The position numbers were made by a program, and so were the translations under genes. A stretch of 64,000 bases of DNA, from positions 13,285-77,284 of the forward strand of contig CAYLRU010000009.1 in NCBI GenBank assembly GCA_964386565.1, given 5' to 3'. The stretch is from an uncultured Desulfobacteraceae bacterium (lineage in GTDB: Bacteria > Desulfobacterota > Desulfobacteria > Desulfobacterales > UBA5616). Under the pieces are notes generated by a model. That model was not told the DNA's origin. It worked only from the letters and a program-made list of their open reading frames with translations, and made no database searches. Shown here one piece after another: positions 59,141-64,000 of this stretch. Each line of letters starts with the position of its first letter. Within the stretch, counting starts at the first letter, position 1.

Positions 59141-61210
59141 ATGACTGATACGTTAAACAAGCTTAGAAACATCGCCATTATTGGTCATGGCGGATCGGGA
59201 AAAACGTCCCTTGCCGAAATCATGTTGTTTAAAACCGGTGCCATCAAGCGATTGGGGCGTGTGGAAGAAGGAAATACCGTCATGGATTTCGAGCCGGAAG
59301 AGCTTAAGCGTCATTCAAGTATAAGCAGCAGCTTTAATCATTTTGAGTGGAAAAAACATCTCATCAGCATCATTGACACGCCGGGCGATCAGAACTTTTT
59401 CACCGATACGCAATTGTGCATGGAAGCGGCAGATGGCGCCCTCGTTGTCATTGATGCCATTGACGGCGTGAAGGTCCAGACGGAGCAGGCATGGCATTTT
59501 GCAGAAAAATTCAACATGCCATGTATGATATTTATCAATAAAATGGACCGGGAAAGAGCTGATTTCTCCCGAACCATAGGAGACATCACCGCCTGTCTCG
59601 AACCAAAGCCTGTTATTGTACAAATGCCCATTGGTGCTGAGGCTGATTTTAAAGGCGTTATCGACCTGGTTGCCATGAAAGCCTATATTTACGATGATGG
59701 AAAAACAAAAGCGGCGGATATTCCGGCTGATATGCAGGATGATGTCGAAAGCGAACGCGAGGCATTGATTGAAAATATCGTTGAAGCGGACGATGAATTA
59801 ATGGAGCGTTATCTCGATGGGGAATCCCTGACCGATGAAGAACTGAATTCAGCGCTTAAAAAGGGCATATTGGATAGAACCATTGTTCCGGTACTTTGCG
59901 GGTCAGCAACGAAAGATATCGGGGTGGATCTGCTCCTGGATACCATTGCAACCTGCATGCCTTCGCCATTGGACCGCGGTTCCAGAAAGGGGCTTGCATC
60001 TGATGATAATTCCGAAATAGAGTGCCATCCTGATCCTGATGGCCCTTTTTCAGCTTTTGTATTTAAAACCATTGCAGATCCTTTTGCCGGGCGCCTATCC
60101 ATTTTCAGAATCGTATCCGGCAAGCTCGGGTCTGATGGTGGTTTTTTCAACAGTACGAAGGGGACACGGGAAAGGTACAACCAGTTGCTGACAATTATCG
60201 GAAAGGAACAAAAACCGATTAATGAAGCCGGCCCGGGTTCCATTGTTGCCGTTGCAAAATTAAAAGAAACCACTACCGGCGATACCTTGTGCGCGGAATC
60301 CAACAAGGTGAAATTCAAATGCGCCGAGGCGTTACCGCCGTTGATTTCTTTTGCAGTTGAACCCAAAAGCCAGGGAGATGAAGACAAGATCGTTTCTTCA
60401 CTTGCCAAGCTTCTTGAAGAAGACCCGTCTTTGAAACTTGAGCGAAATGCAGAAACCAAGCAGACGGTATTGTCCGGAATGGGACAGGTGCATATTGAAG
60501 CAACGATCGAAAAACTGAAAAGAAAATTCAATGTCGAAGTTCTTCTGACCACACCCAAAGTGCCTTACCGGGAAACCATCAGAAAGAAAGTCAGGGTTCA
60601 GGGAAAACACAAAAAACAGTCCGGTGGACACGGGCAATACGGTGATTGCTGGATTCAAATGGAGCCTCTGGGTCGGGGTGAAGGGTTCGAGTTCGTGGAT
60701 GCGGTTGTAGGCGGGGCCATTCCAAGAACCTATATACCGGCTGTTGAAAAGGGAATTGTGGAAGCCGCGAAAAAAGGTGTGCTGGCCGGCTTTCCATGCA
60801 TAGATTTCAAAGTTACACTTGATGACGGTACTTATCATTCTGTTGATTCATCTGAAATGGCATTTAAGATCGCAGGTTCGCTGGCCTTTAAAAAGGCGGC
60901 TGAAGAGGCAGGGCCTGTTTTGCTGGAACCGATTATGAAAGTTACCGTGACGGCGCCTGACGAATTTATGGGTGATATTATGGGAGATCTGAACAGCCGT
61001 CGGGGAAGGGTCCTGGGTATGGACAGTGCGGGAAAGAATCAGGTCATTAATGCTCACGTTCCAATGGCTGAATTCCTGACGTATGCGCCGGATCTTAACT
61101 CCATAACCGGCGGCAGGGGAGTGTATACCATGGAATTTTCCCATTATGACGAAGTGCCGGCTCAAATCGCCGAAAAGATTATAGAGGCGGCAAATAAAAG
61201 CAAAGAGTAG
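59141..61210 (+). CDS. fusA: Elongation factor G paralogue (EF-G2-like)
   Basis: G-domain motifs GHGGSGKTS, DTPG and NKMD. All five EF-G domains appear present by length (689 aa). The gene is not in an rpsL-rpsG-fusA-tuf context. Confidence 0.88.
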   Translation: MTDTLNKLRNIAIIGHGGSGKTSLAEIMLFKTGAIKRLGRVEEGNTVMDFEPEELKRHSSISSSFNHFEWKKHLISIIDTPGDQNFFTDTQLCMEAADGALVVIDAIDGVKVQTEQAWHFAEKFNMPCMIFINKMDRERADFSRTIGDITACLEPKPVIVQMPIGAEADFKGVIDLVAMKAYIYDDGKTKAADIPADMQDDVESEREALIENIVEADDELMERYLDGESLTDEELNSALKKGILDRTIVPVLCGSATKDIGVDLLLDTIATCMPSPLDRGSRKGLASDDNSEIECHPDPDGPFSAFVFKTIADPFAGRLSIFRIVSGKLGSDGGFFNSTKGTRERYNQLLTIIGKEQKPINEAGPGSIVAVAKLKETTTGDTLCAESNKVKFKCAEALPPLISFAVEPKSQGDEDKIVSSLAKLLEEDPSLKLERNAETKQTVLSGMGQVHIEATIEKLKRKFNVEVLLTTPKVPYRETIRKKVRVQGKHKKQSGGHGQYGDCWIQMEPLGRGEGFEFVDAVVGGAIPRTYIPAVEKGIVEAAKKGVLAGFPCIDFKVTLDDGTYHSVDSSEMAFKIAGSLAFKKAAEEAGPVLLEPIMKVTVTAPDEFMGDIMGDLNSRRGRVLGMDSAGKNQVINAHVPMAEFLTYAPDLNSITGGRGVYTMEFSHYDEVPAQIAEKIIEAANKSKE

Positions 61211-61229
61211 ATTTGCCGCAAACCCGTGA

Positions 61230-61265
61230 AATATCCCCATTCCCCGAAAGGGGAATGGGGATATT
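61230..61265. terminator. Strong stem-loop between convergent genes (bidirectional terminator candidate)
   Basis: Perfect 16-bp stem, aatatccccattcccc with ggggaatggggatatt, closed by a GAAA tetraloop. It lies between fusA (+) and the radical SAM gene (-). The flanking U-tracts are weak. Confidence 0.6.
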
Positions 61266-61321
61266 GATTTGATAAACACTTATGGCTTTTTTACTGTGAG
61301 TGGAGCGTTATTTATAACCCT

Positions 61322-62419
61322 TCAAAGTGTCAAACGGCAGTGCAAAATGGCCGATTCGTCCAGCATTCTGGAGAGCCCTCCCCTGTCATTCGGTGCAAAA
61401 CCAAGGGTTTTTCGCCAGATTTCATCATCTTCCATGCAAAAATAAATCAGAACATCGGGTGCTGATTTTCTGATCCATGAGACCAATTTGGAGTACAATT
61501 CAATTCTAATGGGCTTGAAGTATCTCATTTTTTGATCCAGTCCCGGGACAAATTCTCCGTAGATGATTTTGGATGAGGAAAATCGTTTTTGGATGATGGA
61601 TTTGAGGTCCGGCATAAAACGAAACGTTCCCAGGCTGATCCATACGATTTGTTTCTGAGAGATACTGGAAAACAATTGTTCAATGACATTGCGATAATCC
61701 TTTTCGCACCCTTCGTATATGATAATGGGATCAAAATGGAAAGCCAGGGGATATCCCCACGATGCACACGTATTTGCTGCATTTAATCTTGCTTCTAAAG
61801 ACGCGGTACCTCTTTCTTCATTTCGGATCACTTTTTCCGTATTTAATGACCATGCCATGATAGTCTTACGGTTGTGATGAAGCTGTTTCAATCCGCCGAT
61901 TTCCGTGGTTTTCGTTTTTAATTCCAGAACCGAATTTGTATGTCCGGCAAATTCGGGGACGAGCTTGGAGGACAGGTTTGTCCAGGGTTCCCAGATCAGA
62001 CTGTCGGTAAACTCCCCTGTCCCGATCCGATTGATTCGCTTGTTGGCAAATACCGCACTCAGTTCCGCCATCATTTCATTATGATTTACAAAATACTGCA
62101 ATACCGGCGGATGAAAATAAGATTGAAGGATGCAATAGGCGCAATCCATTTGGCAAAACGTACCGATGTGAAGGATCTGGTATCCGCAACAATTATAATA
62201 CCGGGTACCTGGGCAGCGCTTTATAAATCTTCCCCTGTTTTTGGTGATATACAGCACCTCTTTTCCCTTACGGACGGGATCATCCGATTGCCGGATATGC
62301 AAATAAACCTGCCGGGCCTGATCCGCAATTTCTATGGGAGCACCGATTTTTGATGCGATTGCCGCAGTTTCTTCAAGATCGGCGATATGTTTGTCAATGT
62401 AGACTTTTTTGATGGACAA
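61322..62419 (-). CDS. Spore-photoproduct-lyase-family radical SAM protein
   Basis: Radical-SAM motif CQMDCAYC in an SPL-like context. It has a TTG start at 62419. Confidence 0.75.
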   Translation of the reverse strand: MSIKKVYIDKHIADLEETAAIASKIGAPIEIADQARQVYLHIRQSDDPVRKGKEVLYITKNRGRFIKRCPGTRYYNCCGYQILHIGTFCQMDCAYCILQSYFHPPVLQYFVNHNEMMAELSAVFANKRINRIGTGEFTDSLIWEPWTNLSSKLVPEFAGHTNSVLELKTKTTEIGGLKQLHHNRKTIMAWSLNTEKVIRNEERGTASLEARLNAANTCASWGYPLAFHFDPIIIYEGCEKDYRNVIEQLFSSISQKQIVWISLGTFRFMPDLKSIIQKRFSSSKIIYGEFVPGLDQKMRYFKPIRIELYSKLVSWIRKSAPDVLIYFCMEDDEIWRKTLGFAPNDRGGLSRMLDESAILHCRLTL

Positions 62420-62748
62420 AAGATAGACCCTCCAGCGTCATCATGTTCGCATAGTGAAATGGGATATAAATCGAATAAACAACAAAACGCAATGCAAATA
62501 TGACATTGAAATTTTTTCCGGCTTATTTTTTTATCGACAACAAATCGGATCGATGATACTTTAAGTATTCGGTTTGTTATAAAATTCCTGTTATTGTATT
62601 GAATTTGGTTTTTGTGGGTATATTCCGAAAAGCGGTTGTATAAAACACAGGAAAAAAAGTTTTTAGAACCCTGAAAGTTGTTTCACAAATGCTTTTATGT
62701 TTATAAATATTTCTCATGCCTGTCTGTAAAATTTATCTGGAGGGAAAA

Positions 62749-63207
62749 ATGAATAGACAAATTGCATTCCAAATAATTATCGCTTTTTTTTTAATCGCGT
62801 TGTTTTCAGGATGTTCTCCCTCTCCCCCTCCGGAGACGTTTATCGAAACCGATTCACCGGAAGCGCTTACACTGGAGATCAGCAGCGAATATTTGGCCGA
62901 TGATGTCTGGAAAATCGTCAGAAATTTAATGCAAAACAACTTCGGGCTGGACAGGGAGAGCGAAAAAGACGGTTTTATCCGGACATTATGGCAATATCCG
63001 GTAACCGGGAAATTAACGAAGTGCTACCGCGTCCGTCTGACCATACAATTCAGCGAAGACCGGTATACGCTGTCCATTCTTCCTGAAGCCGAATTTCAGC
63101 AAAAAGCGCTGCTGGGCATCTATCGATGGTGGATCTCGGGGGAGGACAGTTCCATTGGGAATGAATATTACGGCAAATTGAAAAAACTCGTGGGAAAAAT
63201 TCCCTGA
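62749..63207 (+). CDS. Probable lipoprotein (hypothetical)
   Basis: SD GGAGGG lies 6 nt upstream of the ATG at 62749. The signal peptide ends in the lipobox-like LFSGC. Confidence 0.6.
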   Translation: MNRQIAFQIIIAFFLIALFSGCSPSPPPETFIETDSPEALTLEISSEYLADDVWKIVRNLMQNNFGLDRESEKDGFIRTLWQYPVTGKLTKCYRVRLTIQFSEDRYTLSILPEAEFQQKALLGIYRWWISGEDSSIGNEYYGKLKKLVGKIP

Positions 63208-63211
63208 CGGA

Positions 63212-64000
63212 TCATTCCATGGCTTTTTTCACAACCGGGTGTGCCATGATATGATCAATGACGCTCCGGCATTGGCTGAGTTCTTCCATGCAGCAAAATT
63301 TCATCTGGAGGGAGTAGGTGTTCCCCTCAAAATATCGTGGTGCATGAAATTGGATATTTTTCGGTAGGTTAAGAGATTTTTTGAGCTTTTCAAATTCCTG
63401 CTCCGCTCTGGAGATTTCAGGAAAACGCCTTTTTTTCAAATAGTCCCGTAGTAAACCGGCAGCATGGTTTTTCTCCGGATCATCCTGGTCAAGAATGTTC
63501 CGGATGGCAGGTTCCTGGAATATGGCCATAATTGAAATATCATCCCGATGGGAAATTTCATTAACAAGGGTCAACATTTCCAGTTGCTTGTTGAGACTTA
63601 AATTCAGCTTCTGAAAAATATCGGATAAAACCGTTGCCCCCTCTTTATCCATTTCCATGAGTTTAAGCGAGACAGGCAATGAAATGCGATTTGCAAGGAT
63701 TCCGGTTTTGATTGATTCCGGCAACATTTTGATCGACTTCATTTTTTCAACAAAGGACGGGCTGGCGGGCAAACCCATATCCGTCAAGATGTTGCGTAAC
63801 TGTTTTTCCCCGTCTGAAAAACGGGCCAGCAGCCAAATCGCATTGGATTGTTCAACCCAGTTCAGCTCCCGTTGGGAAGAATTGTCCAAAACAGCCAGTT
63901 TTGCACAGTATAGGGGGGACAGGTCCGGATCCGCCACCCGGCAAACGATGCTTTGATGTCCGAGAACGCGGCAGGCTTCAATTCGGCGGAATCCGTAAAC
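63212..64000 (-). CDS. ParB N-terminal-domain (ParB/Srx-like) protein. The 5' end lies outside the window.
   Basis: The frame stays open to the window edge. The reverse translation of 63938-64000 reads VYGFRRIEACRVLGHQSIVCR, a ParB-box-like segment. The remaining roughly 240 aa are helical with no recognised motif. Confidence 0.7.
   Translation of the reverse strand, partial: VYGFRRIEACRVLGHQSIVCRVADPDLSPLYCAKLAVLDNSSQRELNWVEQSNAIWLLARFSDGEKQLRNILTDMGLPASPSFVEKMKSIKMLPESIKTGILANRISLPVSLKLMEMDKEGATVLSDIFQKLNLSLNKQLEMLTLVNEISHRDDISIMAIFQEPAIRNILDQDDPEKNHAAGLLRDYLKKRRFPEISRAEQEFEKLKKSLNLPKNIQFHAPRYFEGNTYSLQMKFCCMEELSQCRSVIDHIMAHPVVKKAME

Overview
Gene-dense, moderate-GC segment with about 55 protein-coding genes on both strands, and it looks like core chromosome. 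I found no rRNA, tRNA, CRISPR array, transposase, integrase or prophage genes. All calls come from reading the supplied ORF translations and the DNA by eye; no searches were run. The gene content points to a strictly anaerobic Desulfobacterota (deltaproteobacterium-like) organism, which is inference only. The supporting genes are two AOR-family tungsten/molybdenum enzymes, a DUF362 Fe-S protein, a CCG-domain Fe-S oxidoreductase, a TRAP transporter and LarB.

Gene order, left to right:
- CCG-domain Fe-S protein (partial)
- DUF362, AOR, orf113, MoaD-like protein, SDR epimerase
- Tat-signal ferredoxin, a long YdhV-like AOR, orf114
- a long minus-strand operon: TRAP dctPQM-type genes, a crotonase, then an NMT1-type ABC importer
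- argC, folD, M23 peptidase, secA, clpS-clpA-aat, HIT, larB, kdsB
- guaA plus a coiled-coil protein, a TrpF-like protein, efp, M20 amidohydrolase, CNNM/CorC
- a 1004-aa helicase-exonuclease fusion
- queE-queC-orf146-orf606 on the minus strand
- uvrA-manA
- orf73, an SGNH-like protein, an OmpW-like protein
- a beta-helix acyltransferase-like protein and glmM, BI-1
- xseA-xseB-ispA-dxs-tlyA, an EF-G paralogue, a photoproduct-lyase-like radical SAM enzyme, a lipoprotein, a ParB-like protein (partial)

Nothing here can be asserted to be a new system from sequence alone. The best candidates for a second look are:
1. a single-chain MrfA-type DUF1998 helicase fused to a DEDD exonuclease (35076-38090);
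2. two uncharacterised genes attached to the queE-queC preQ0 cassette, one translationally coupled to queC and one a degenerate DUF89-like 606-aa protein (38083-41800);
3. a probably periplasm-targeted AOR-family enzyme paired with a Tat-signal four-cluster ferredoxin (6338-9622);
4. an SGNH-like secreted protein whose nucleophile motif reads GDG instead of GDS, in an operon with an OmpW-like barrel (46193-49145).
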